A stretch of DNA of 64,000 nucleotides, from IMG/VR virus record IMGVR_UViG_3300006931_000001, positions 1 to 64,000 of that record. The stretch is one strand, 5' to 3'. This stretch comes from a virus. Below are positions 36,778-45,964 of the stretch, piece after piece (positions within the stretch are counted from its first letter, which is position 1; every line of letters begins with the position of its first letter). Below the pieces are notes generated by a model. The model saw only the letters and a list, made by a program, of their open reading frames with translations, had not been told where the DNA came from and searched no databases. The position numbers and the translations under genes were made by a program.

Positions 36778-37650
36778 ATGTCGAAGAAAGATAAGTCTCT
36801 GATCAAGGAAAGTAATCTGATCAAGGCATTGAATGATCTTGAAGCGCTCGCTAAAGGTGACGCTATGGAAAATCAAGATCCAGAGGGAGGTCTAGCAACC
36901 GAAGGTAAGCCTCTTTCTGCGATGGCTCCACGCGGGAAAGATCGCAGCATGACCAAGAAAAGCAAAACACGCGCTGCATCGTCAAGTAGCGCTATGTCAT
37001 CGTCTGTGGAAAAAGCAGAAGCTGATGATGACAGTGCTAGCAGCGAAGACATGAGTGGAGATGATGAGAGCTCTGATGAGGATATGAGCTCTGATGATGA
37101 GAGCTCTGATGATAATATGAGCAAATCCTTTCGCCAGCGCGCGGAAGAAAATGAGGAAATGGCAAAAGGCTTGCTTGTTTCGCCATTCCTCGAAGCAATG
37201 ACAGATCAGATGAACGAGGCGTTGTCCGATTTGTCGAAGAGTTTTCAGAAGAGTCTAGATAACCGTTTTAATGCGCAGAATGAATTTAACACTCGCATCG
37301 CTAAAGGTATTGTTCTTATTGGTCGGACAATGAGCGCCATTGTTCCGTTAGTCAAGGAACAGTCCGAGATGATTAAATCATTTGGAAATTCTCCAAATGT
37401 AGCGCAACGAAAGAGTATTCTCAATAAGTCGGAAATTGCAGAGCCGCATCGTACAGGAGATGACGGTGATAGTGATGGTGCGCCAAAACTCAGTCGTAAC
37501 GACATGCAGGATTGGCTGGTGGAAAAATCAACCAAGGGTGAGATTCCTGTAGCTATTGTTACGACTTGGGAGACGTCAGGACACGCTCTTAGCTCACTTC
37601 CGTTGCAAATCCGCAAGGCCATGATGAATGACCTCGCGAAAGCGCAATAA
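36778..37650 (+). CDS. Scaffolding protein
   Basis: Directly upstream of MCP; acidic D/E/S repeats; about 13 K|A/S/G motifs. Confidence 0.7.
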   Translation: MSKKDKSLIKESNLIKALNDLEALAKGDAMENQDPEGGLATEGKPLSAMAPRGKDRSMTKKSKTRAASSSSAMSSSVEKAEADDDSASSEDMSGDDESSDEDMSSDDESSDDNMSKSFRQRAEENEEMAKGLLVSPFLEAMTDQMNEALSDLSKSFQKSLDNRFNAQNEFNTRIAKGIVLIGRTMSAIVPLVKEQSEMIKSFGNSPNVAQRKSILNKSEIAEPHRTGDDGDSDGAPKLSRNDMQDWLVEKSTKGEIPVAIVTTWETSGHALSSLPLQIRKAMMNDLAKAQ

Positions 37651-37679
37651 TTTAACTTAATTACGAAAGGAGATATACA

Positions 37680-39083
37680 ATGCAAATGGTTACGATGGCT
37701 GATTATGAAGGTTATAATGGCTTCTCTGGCGGATTTGGCAACGCAGGGCAGAACGATGTTGAAGAGCTGAACAAGGCTCTTACGAGCAATTACCAATCGC
37801 CGCGTACTGATGGCTCGGCTGCATTACGCGTCGAATCTTTGGAGGCAACGCTTCGTGTTCTGACGTTTAATGCGAACCATGTGAAGCTCTGGAGAGTTAT
37901 TCCTAAGCTTCCGGCATACAGTACGAGTGAAGAATACAATGTCCAGACCTCATATGGTCAGGATAACGGTATGTTCACCTTGGACGGTGAATTACCGCAG
38001 ACGCAAGATGCATCGTACGAGCGGCGCGTTTCGCTCGTGAAGTTTATCGGCTGCACGAAGGAAGTTAGTTATACTACTACACTTGTGAAGCCGGCACATG
38101 GTAATGTGATTGCTCTAGAAACGAGCAATGCAGCAACGTGGATTATGGAGCGCACCGAGCGTGCACTATTTGGTGCACGCCAGGATGTGATTCCGCAAGC
38201 CTGGGATGGTCTGGATCAGCAAATTCAGAACGATCCTATCGCGTCTGTGCAGAATATTATCGATCTTCGTGGCAGTGTTCTCACGCCAGAGAAGATCGAG
38301 GAAGGCGCGAATATCATCGTAGAGGCGTATGGTGTTCCTACCGATTTCTACGCAGCGCCTCGAGCAATCTCCGATCTTGGAAAGCAATATTATCCGAAGG
38401 AGCGTATTAATTTACCTGCACCAGTTAACGGTCGAGTTGGCGTTACGGTGTCTGAGGTTAATACTACGGCTGGTGTGCTGCCGCTTAACTCAGATGTGTT
38501 TTTGCGGTCCGGTGGTAATAACGGACGCAAGAAAGCGCCAGCTTCGCAGACCTCCAACCGTGCGCCGTCTGCTCCAACCGTTACAGGTGCAGTTGGCGGC
38601 TCTGGTTCGCAATTTGCGGCTGCAGATGTTGGCACCTATCAGTACAAGGTTTCTGCCATTAACCGATTTGGCGAATCCACGTCTGGTCAGTTGTCTGGCG
38701 GTGCAGCGGTTGCTTCTGCAGGGCAGAACGTGACGTTAACCATCACGGATGGTGGCGGCGGTGATCCTGCGACTGGTTACCGTGTGTATCGCTCCTTTGT
38801 TGGTGGCGCTGTCGGTACCGAGCAATGGATTGCTGATGTGCCACGCGCCACCACTGGTACAACGGCATATGTTGATGCGAACCAGTATCTGCCGAACACG
38901 TCTCGCGGATATATGTTTCAGGTGAATACACAGTCGTTGGCCTTCAAGCAATTGGCGCCGATGCTTAAGGTGCCTCTTGCGACGGTTGCTATCAGCATTC
39001 GTTGGTCGCAGGTTCTTTTTGGTGTGCCTCAGATGTACGCACCACAGAAGAATGTTATTTATATTAACTGCGCCGATGACTGA
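37680..39083 (+). CDS. Major capsid protein
   Basis: ELNKAL...DGSAALRVESLEATL; FN3-like insert YQYKVSAINRFGES; QLAPMLKVPLA: SPO1/Twort-like MCP. Confidence 0.92.
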   Translation: MQMVTMADYEGYNGFSGGFGNAGQNDVEELNKALTSNYQSPRTDGSAALRVESLEATLRVLTFNANHVKLWRVIPKLPAYSTSEEYNVQTSYGQDNGMFTLDGELPQTQDASYERRVSLVKFIGCTKEVSYTTTLVKPAHGNVIALETSNAATWIMERTERALFGARQDVIPQAWDGLDQQIQNDPIASVQNIIDLRGSVLTPEKIEEGANIIVEAYGVPTDFYAAPRAISDLGKQYYPKERINLPAPVNGRVGVTVSEVNTTAGVLPLNSDVFLRSGGNNGRKKAPASQTSNRAPSAPTVTGAVGGSGSQFAAADVGTYQYKVSAINRFGESTSGQLSGGAAVASAGQNVTLTITDGGGGDPATGYRVYRSFVGGAVGTEQWIADVPRATTGTTAYVDANQYLPNTSRGYMFQVNTQSLAFKQLAPMLKVPLATVAISIRWSQVLFGVPQMYAPQKNVIYINCADD

Positions 39084-39104
39084 ATAGTTTAGCGATTGCG
39101 ATGC

Positions 39105-39160
39105 TGATGAAAGAGTGAGGCATTATTGTCTTACCTCACTCTTTCATCATTTACTTGTTC
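39105..39160 (+). terminator. 16-bp hairpin after MCP (terminator or mRNA stabiliser)
   Basis: tgatgaaagagtgagg / cctcactctttcatca perfect inverted repeat, then tttacttgtt. Confidence 0.75.
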
Positions 39161-39170
39161 TAGGAGATTT

Positions 39171-39599
39171 ATGAAGGTTCTACTGCAGAGTGTACCCAAT
39201 AAGAATCGTACTGTGACCACGAGTTTTGGTGCTATTTCCTTTGATGATAAAGGTTTTGCAAGCCAAGACGTTTCAGAGAGCGACTTGGAGTTGTGTCGTA
39301 ACCTGAATTGGTTAGTGGAGACTTCGGTAAATCGCGAAGCTCAACTAGAGCATTTGTATACACAGCATGCAGCGATGCTTGAATCTGTGAAACAAATGGA
39401 AGCGCAAATCGAGACACTAGAAGAGGAAGTCAAGAAAGAAAAAGAGAAAAAACCACAGCAAAGCAGCAAAGCCTCAGCTGCTGATACCAAAAATGATGAA
39501 GCACTGATGAAAAAGCTCGAAGCACAGGGGCAAGCCGCTGCAGCCAAAGAAGCTGCCGCATCTGTGTCAGCTGTGTCAGCTGCAGGTAATCGGAAGTAA
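39171..39599 (+). CDS. hypothetical protein after MCP
   Basis: AGGAG RBS before MKVLLQ; coiled-coil-like segment. Confidence 0.65.
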   Translation: MKVLLQSVPNKNRTVTTSFGAISFDDKGFASQDVSESDLELCRNLNWLVETSVNREAQLEHLYTQHAAMLESVKQMEAQIETLEEEVKKEKEKKPQQSSKASAADTKNDEALMKKLEAQGQAAAAKEAAASVSAVSAAGNRK

Positions 39600-39621
39600 C
39601 TGACGCTGACTGAAGGAAGCC

Positions 39622-40437
39622 ATGGCGAATTCAACTCCTGAAGGTGTCGTTACTCATTCGCGGTTTTCTACAACAATACCGCTGAATCATTTAACGCCTA
39701 AATATCTCAAAGATAATTATCATCCTGGTATTAAACTTACTGGTAGTGATAATCAGGAGTTGTCTGACGATTGGTATAACGAACAGATTGCTAATGCAAT
39801 CGATAAAGTAGAATCGTTTACCAATGTTGATATCTTAGAGCGTAACGTAACGTCTGAAAAACACGATTACGTTGTTACAGATTATACTCGTTATGGCTTT
39901 CTTCAGTTATATCGCGTTCCTTCTCGTTCTGTTCAGGAAGTGCGTGCTGTATATCCAACAGGTAATAATATACAGGTATTTCCTCCTGAGTGGATTCGTC
40001 TGAATCAGATGCATTCACAGATAAATCTCGTTCCGACTGCCGGCTCTTTGTCTCAAGTAATTATTGGACAGGGTGCTGATTTTATTCCATTGATTTTTGC
40101 CAAGCTGTCGTATCTTCCGCAGTTATGGGAAGTTGATTATGTGAGTGGTTTTGATCCAGAGGCTGTTCCGAGATTGGTGATTGAAAGTATTTGTAAATAC
40201 GCGATCATGGATATATTTACTACTATGAGTGATACGATATATCCACTTGGTATAGGTTCACAGAGTTTGTCAATAGACGGACTTTCGCAAAGCAGAAGTT
40301 TCTCGATGCCTGCATTTAAGGCCAGAGTTGATCGTTACACTGCAGATTTAGGATTACCTGGAACTCCATCAGAAAAGAGTGGTTTGATTAATCAAATCCG
40401 CAGTAATTATCTTGGCATCAACCTGGCGAGTCTCTGA
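39622..40437 (+). CDS. Head-tail adaptor/neck protein
   Basis: Position; EKHDY, VDYVSGF, GIGSQSLSIDGLSQS. Confidence 0.7.
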   Translation: MANSTPEGVVTHSRFSTTIPLNHLTPKYLKDNYHPGIKLTGSDNQELSDDWYNEQIANAIDKVESFTNVDILERNVTSEKHDYVVTDYTRYGFLQLYRVPSRSVQEVRAVYPTGNNIQVFPPEWIRLNQMHSQINLVPTAGSLSQVIIGQGADFIPLIFAKLSYLPQLWEVDYVSGFDPEAVPRLVIESICKYAIMDIFTTMSDTIYPLGIGSQSLSIDGLSQSRSFSMPAFKARVDRYTADLGLPGTPSEKSGLINQIRSNYLGINLASL

Positions 40438-41261
40438 TGGGGATTAGCATAACAGGCGGTGTAGATATTGGTGGACGTCATGTTGGAGGTCCACCAACTG
40501 CGCCAGGCCAAGAATTACCTGGTCAGTATACGGCCGGTTTCACGAATAATGATTTTGATCGTGATGTATTTACTGCAGCCTTACAAGACAAAGGTTACAG
40601 TGTCCTTTGGGAGCAAGCTGCATTTTGTCCAAATCGTGGCCGTGCTGGCCTAGGAAATCGTGATCATCCTATCGCGTGTCCTATCTGCGATGGTAGTGGT
40701 TGGATATTCTACAGGCCAACTCCTACGCAAATGCTGATTACTAGCGTGACCATGCAGCAGAATTATTACGCACAAGGTGGCTGGTCTAGCGGTAGAGTTA
40801 TGGTTACAGCATTGCCAGAGTATAGATTTCATGTGTGGGATCGTATCTCAATCATGGATGGTGTTGCTCGGTTTCAAGAGATCGTACGTAGGCAACCTGG
40901 CACAAATAGCGATAGAACTAAATATATTCCTTTGTGTGTCATACATTTGTCCTGGGTAGGTCGTGATGGTTCATTGCAGATATTCACACAGGATAACGAT
41001 TTTTTTGTAACATCTGACGGTTTGATAGTATGGCCAGACTCTACTCGCAGACCTGATGACAATACATTCTATTCTGCATCATATGAATACCATCCGCGTT
41101 ATGTGGTTCAGGAGTTAACACATCAGCATCGAGTTTCAACGGTACAGCATCGACCTACGAATTTTCCAGTAGCTGGCGTAGCGCGATTGGATTTCTTGCT
41201 ACGAGACGAAAGCAAAGACGATGTTCAAACTGACTTTGAAGATCCGTTCAAACCTCGCTAA
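40437..41261 (+). CDS. Head closure/neck protein
   Basis: WEQAAFCP...CPICDGSGW, as in Twort-like neck proteins. Confidence 0.65.
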   Translation: MGISITGGVDIGGRHVGGPPTAPGQELPGQYTAGFTNNDFDRDVFTAALQDKGYSVLWEQAAFCPNRGRAGLGNRDHPIACPICDGSGWIFYRPTPTQMLITSVTMQQNYYAQGGWSSGRVMVTALPEYRFHVWDRISIMDGVARFQEIVRRQPGTNSDRTKYIPLCVIHLSWVGRDGSLQIFTQDNDFFVTSDGLIVWPDSTRRPDDNTFYSASYEYHPRYVVQELTHQHRVSTVQHRPTNFPVAGVARLDFLLRDESKDDVQTDFEDPFKPR

Positions 41262-41757
41262 TGCTTTGCTGTCTCGCATTCGGCCATCTATACAGAGAGC
41301 TGCAGATAAAGCATTGCCTAAAGTAGCATCACGTATTGTTTCGCTTGTAAAAGAAGAGACTACCAAAAAATTACACAGTACAGCTAGTTTATACGAAAAA
41401 GCTCTGAATAAGCCATCAGCGATTCAATTATCTGGACATAGTGTAACTATCAAAATAGATGATCCTATCGTAAATGCATTAGAGAATGGATTTACGAGTT
41501 TTGATATTAAATCTCACATGCTTAAGCGTGGACGCATAGGTAAAAATGGTGTGACATATATAGATGTACCATTGCGTAGTATGACAGGACGTCGTGTAAT
41601 TCGACGAATATCTAGTAATAGTCCGCCGTCATCGTGGATTCATCCAGGATTTAAAGGTGTGAAGATATTTGAAGTATTGGCCCCGACTATAAAAGAAGAG
41701 GCCAAGAAAGCAGTGGAATCGGAGTTAGCCGCTGCAGGAATGAAAACACGTAAATGA
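41221..41757 (+). CDS. Neck/tail-completion protein
   Basis: FDIK, SSNSPPSSWIHPG; position. Confidence 0.55.
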   Translation: MFKLTLKIRSNLANALLSRIRPSIQRAADKALPKVASRIVSLVKEETTKKLHSTASLYEKALNKPSAIQLSGHSVTIKIDDPIVNALENGFTSFDIKSHMLKRGRIGKNGVTYIDVPLRSMTGRRVIRRISSNSPPSSWIHPGFKGVKIFEVLAPTIKEEAKKAVESELAAAGMKTRK

Positions 41758-42485
41758 GTAATATCATAGATGATCCAACCAAGAATTTTTCACTATCTCC
41801 TAACGATGCTCTGGGATTGAATATTCCAGAGGTTGTTTTTTATCAACTTCTAGGTTTCACTTTCAAGAATATATCTGAAACCATAGGTCACACTGAAAAT
41901 ATCGTTGATCAGCTATTTGCACGATTGCGAGCTGAGACACGACAAACCATAAAAACTTGGTTTGTTAATCATCCTAACGTGAGTTTGTCGCTAAACTGGC
42001 CGAGAGACGATGTCGGCTTACCATTCATCGCGATCATCACAGAGAGTGAAGAAGAGGATTCTGATTTAACACTTCTCGGTGATTATGCTGGAGTACATAC
42101 TCTAGGCTCTTCCAGTGAAAACCAACAAACGAGAACAAATCTAAAACTAGGCTTGAGTAACACAACGAATATTATTATTGCAGCTGATGATCCTAATCTT
42201 GTGTTATATCTTGGAGCTGTAGTTAGATTTGTGTTTTTGAAAAACAAAGACGATCTAACTCGTCTTTATGATATCCACAGTCTTACCGTTTCACAAGCTG
42301 ATCTCAAGTGGGATGAGCGTTTTCTTCCTACGTTCGCTTATATGCGAATGGTGACACTGAGATATAAAACATTCTTTGATATTAACCTTACAGAAAAAGT
42401 CTCTATGATCACCTCACTAGAGACTCTGGTTTCGACATTCAACGACGGTTTAGAGGTGACTGTCACCACTCCATACGATCAGTGA
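41754..42485 (+). CDS. Tail terminator-like protein
   Basis: Position before sheath; WPR...PFIAII. Confidence 0.5.
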   Translation: MSNIIDDPTKNFSLSPNDALGLNIPEVVFYQLLGFTFKNISETIGHTENIVDQLFARLRAETRQTIKTWFVNHPNVSLSLNWPRDDVGLPFIAIITESEEEDSDLTLLGDYAGVHTLGSSSENQQTRTNLKLGLSNTTNIIIAADDPNLVLYLGAVVRFVFLKNKDDLTRLYDIHSLTVSQADLKWDERFLPTFAYMRMVTLRYKTFFDINLTEKVSMITSLETLVSTFNDGLEVTVTTPYDQ

Positions 42486-42492
42486 GGTAATT

Positions 42493-42813
42493 ATGGCTAC
42501 AGATGACGAGCGGCGAGATACAGAAAGCAGTCGCGTTATAACGCAAAAATTACCAGTTATTGGTAAGCAGTGGGCAGGACAGCAGTTTGCTCCGATGACT
42601 ACATCAGAACAAATTACTATGAATAATCAACTACAAGCTGATTATGATCATCCGGATGCGATTCCTCTTGTTGCTTACATGTCATTGCATCGAGTTACAG
42701 ATCCTGTGATGAAAGCTGCAATGGCTGGACATACTCAGATAACGCGCGCTACCAAAGAAAAGTGGGATGAAATCTTCGCTTCATTCTTTCCATCTGATGA
42801 AAGGAGCAAATAA
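42493..42813 (+). CDS. hypothetical protein
   Basis: GAGG RBS; precedes sheath. Confidence 0.6.
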   Translation: MATDDERRDTESSRVITQKLPVIGKQWAGQQFAPMTTSEQITMNNQLQADYDHPDAIPLVAYMSLHRVTDPVMKAAMAGHTQITRATKEKWDEIFASFFPSDERSK

Positions 42814-42816
42814 TCT

Positions 42817-44604
42817 ATGAGTCGTTTTGTTTTGTTTAACGGTGCCAAGCTTGTACGTCCTGGCGCAGCTACAAAAATCGATGCTTCTCAATTTCAAAAC
42901 ACTGTTTTGGACGGTGTAGGCATTGTTGGATTGGTAGGAGAAGGCGAGAGTGGAACGCCTCGAACCATTCAAGTTTTTAACTCTGCAGGAGGCGTCAAGG
43001 ATTTCTATCGTTCCGGTGATTTGGTGGAAGCTGCACAGATTGCGGCGTTACCCGAGAATGATGATCGTCTGACGTCTGGTGCATCAACTTTTGTTTGTTA
43101 CAAAGTGAACAATAGTACAGCTGCAACGCTGACAGCTGGTTCACCGACCACGATTACATTTACAAGCCTGCTACACGGTTTATTATCCAATAACAATACG
43201 ATAACGATCTCTGACGGTGGAAGTAGCACACGGATAATTACACTCACAACTACTGACTTATACGGAAACGTAATTACCGAAACGTCTCCTGCACTAGGAG
43301 GCACTGGTAAGTTTGCTATCCAGTATGTTGGTGCTGGATCAGCTGCGACTATTACGATTACATCAACACAGTTAACTACAAGTGTTACAGGTGCGCCAGC
43401 AGATAATCAGACATTCTTGTTTTCAAACTACAAGAATTTGAATGATATCATCATAGCTTTGGCGCAGACTGGAAAATACACTTGCTCTGCTTTGATTACA
43501 AACGCCATTTCGTTTGATCCATCCAACTTGGATGGAATTACGACTGTGGATATCAAGACATCGTTGACAACGATATATGCACGCAATTTTGATATTGTAG
43601 ATTATGTTAATACTACTAGTCAAATTGCAACTGCAGTGTTGGTAAAAGGACAAGTTTCTCCGATATCCGTGCTTTCAACTACCGCGATGTCTGGTGGTAC
43701 AAGAGGCACGTCTGCGAATATTGATTGGGCGAATGCTTTCATTGCTCTTCGTACCACACGCATTAATCAATTAGTGCCGCTGGTATCGACGGATGCTTTG
43801 ACAGCACAAGGAACGTTTACTTTTGCATCAATTGCCGCAGCATTCGCAGCGCATTGTTCTTTCGTATCGTCAACCAAAGGCAGAAACGAGTGTCAAGGTT
43901 GGTACGGAATGCATGCAACTAAAGCGAATTTGATTGCAGAAGCCAATCTCCGTAATAACATGGATTTGGTGCTTTCAGGTCAGCAAGGTACATTTCCAAG
44001 GACTTATGATGGAGCTCTGACAGTTTTTCCAGAGTGGGGAATAGCTGCAGCCATGGCTGGCGCTCGAGCTGGCGCACCGCTTGGTGAGCCACTTACTTGG
44101 AAATATTTGAATATTCTAGGAGTCACTCAAGATGCATCTTGGAGTGAGAGCAATAACGACGATGTGGAATCCTTGGAATTGAATGGTGTTGTGGTAGTTA
44201 ACAACATTGTCGGTAAAGGTTTCAGGATCGATAAATGTATTACTACATTTACTCGATTTGATAATGATGCTTACACTGAAGAAACCATTGTTCAGATCTG
44301 GAAAGCTTTTGCATTCACGCTGCGAAGTGCGTTGGAGGATCGCTATACAGGCGCACGTGGTGATCTAGTTACCATTAACACGGTACCTAATACTATGGTC
44401 AACGTTGCAGAGCAATTTCTAGATGCACGTGCCATCACGCCATCTAGCGTGAACGGTACGACGACACCAGCATACCGTAATATTAAGTACAGTCTTCAGG
44501 GAGATAAGCTCTTTTCTAGTATTACAATCTCTCCAACGCCTGGAATTAATTACGAATGTGCTACGATTGCGCTGGTTCCTGCAGCCTTTTCCGCGGCAGT
44601 TTGA
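42817..44604 (+). CDS. Tail sheath protein
   Basis: RPGA..IDAS, VGLVGEGESGTP, YRSGDLVEA, GEPLTWK. Confidence 0.9.
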   Translation: MSRFVLFNGAKLVRPGAATKIDASQFQNTVLDGVGIVGLVGEGESGTPRTIQVFNSAGGVKDFYRSGDLVEAAQIAALPENDDRLTSGASTFVCYKVNNSTAATLTAGSPTTITFTSLLHGLLSNNNTITISDGGSSTRIITLTTTDLYGNVITETSPALGGTGKFAIQYVGAGSAATITITSTQLTTSVTGAPADNQTFLFSNYKNLNDIIIALAQTGKYTCSALITNAISFDPSNLDGITTVDIKTSLTTIYARNFDIVDYVNTTSQIATAVLVKGQVSPISVLSTTAMSGGTRGTSANIDWANAFIALRTTRINQLVPLVSTDALTAQGTFTFASIAAAFAAHCSFVSSTKGRNECQGWYGMHATKANLIAEANLRNNMDLVLSGQQGTFPRTYDGALTVFPEWGIAAAMAGARAGAPLGEPLTWKYLNILGVTQDASWSESNNDDVESLELNGVVVVNNIVGKGFRIDKCITTFTRFDNDAYTEETIVQIWKAFAFTLRSALEDRYTGARGDLVTINTVPNTMVNVAEQFLDARAITPSSVNGTTTPAYRNIKYSLQGDKLFSSITISPTPGINYECATIALVPAAFSAAV

Positions 44605-44618
44605 AAGGAGCATGAGTT

Positions 44619-45095
44619 ATGGGACGTCCTTCATTACCACAAACAGGTGCAACGCACGTAATTTCAGGAGCACGTGCTATTGCATTGTTTAATGACTTCG
44701 CAATTGGTTATGCTACAGGAGTTAATATAACAGAAGAAATTATGTACGAACCTGTTGAGACACTCGATAATTTGGCTGTACGTGAGCATTGTCCTGTAGG
44801 TTATCGAGTGACACTATCATGTACGGTATTTCGTACAGTAGCACAGGCTGCATCTACTGATTCAGATCCTGGATCACTTAAACAACAGAATATTTTTCCT
44901 AGATTCACTGATATTTTGCGTGTTCAGGGACTTACGTTTGCAGTGCAGGATCGCATCACAAACAAAACAATTCAGTTTTTGAAGGATGTCAAAGCCGCAT
45001 CTCAGGATTTTCGTGTAACTGCACGCGGTATTGTCGGTCAGAACGTTACGTTTGTTACTACACGTGTGCTGGACGAGTCCGAGAATCTACCGTAA
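44619..45095 (+). CDS. Tail tube protein
   Basis: Follows sheath; IGYATGV...EHCPVGYRVTLS. Confidence 0.8.
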   Translation: MGRPSLPQTGATHVISGARAIALFNDFAIGYATGVNITEEIMYEPVETLDNLAVREHCPVGYRVTLSCTVFRTVAQAASTDSDPGSLKQQNIFPRFTDILRVQGLTFAVQDRITNKTIQFLKDVKAASQDFRVTARGIVGQNVTFVTTRVLDESENLP

Positions 45096-45108
45096 AGGAT
45101 ATTGAACC

Positions 45109-45585
45109 ATGAGCGATGAGATTGTTGAAAGCAACGAAAATGCAACAGAAGATACAGCTAAAGCAGCGGAAGGAATAGACATATTTATTCCTTTTGATTA
45201 TCCAAATATGGTGTTTGTGGATATGCCAGAATCTAATAATTCTGGTATGTCTTTTAGTAAAACCTTTCATGTAAAATACACTCATCCTGATTCTGGTTTA
45301 CTATATACGGGTGATTTTACATGTACTCGTAGTAGTATTGGTAAGATCATTGAGCAAGGTGTTGTGAAAGCCAGACTCACACACAGTTTGCCAGTAGATG
45401 AGACGTATAGTATTGTCGCTTCATGGTTATCATATACGATAGTGATGTTAACTAAGAAGCCTGATTGGTGGAAGCCAGAAACCTCTTTTGACTTGGAGGC
45501 TCTCCATGCGATGCACGATTACGTGTTCGCATGGGAGAGGTCATTTCGTTTACGAAGCGTGGCGAACCGACGCAAAACAACTTAG
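45109..45585 (+). CDS. Tail assembly chaperone (G-like)
   Basis: Between tube and tape measure; KPDWW; ...SFR near the C-terminus. Confidence 0.7.
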   Translation: MSDEIVESNENATEDTAKAAEGIDIFIPFDYPNMVFVDMPESNNSGMSFSKTFHVKYTHPDSGLLYTGDFTCTRSSIGKIIEQGVVKARLTHSLPVDETYSIVASWLSYTIVMLTKKPDWWKPETSFDLEALHAMHDYVFAWERSFRLRSVANRRKTT

Positions 45586-45964
45586 AGCCGAGGCTGCACG
45601 ACAATTAGAAGCTGATTGGTTAATTCGTTGGTTTTGTACTAAATATAATAAACCAACGAAAGATCCGATTCTAAAAGAATACACAGGTGAAGAGCTGATG
45701 ATTGAGTTCCTGAAAGATCAAATTGAACGAGATCCAGCTCAAGCCTACCCGCAGCATGAATTCTATGAAGGCAAGAGCATTATCAAAAGTGGTGATGCTG
45801 TTGTCGATGCTTGGAATAAGGATATCGCAAATGGAAAGATTCCAGATTTCCTAGCTGCGTTGGACTCAGAAGATAGAGCTAAACTCGCTAAATTTACACA
45901 TAAAGAAAAAAACCAAGATGATTTGCAAGTCTTTCATGATACATATGCCAAGGAAAAATCATGA
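45545..45964 (+). CDS. Tail assembly chaperone extension (T-like), probably reached by +1 frameshift
   Basis: +1 frame ORF; the ORF-track start (TTG 45488) lacks an evident RBS; WFCTKYNKPTKDP; TCA TTT CGT at 45541. Confidence 0.55.
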   Translation, partial: FVYEAWRTDAKQLRAEAARQLEADWLIRWFCTKYNKPTKDPILKEYTGEELMIEFLKDQIERDPAQAYPQHEFYEGKSIIKSGDAVVDAWNKDIANGKIPDFLAALDSEDRAKLAKFTHKEKNQDDLQVFHDTYAKEKS

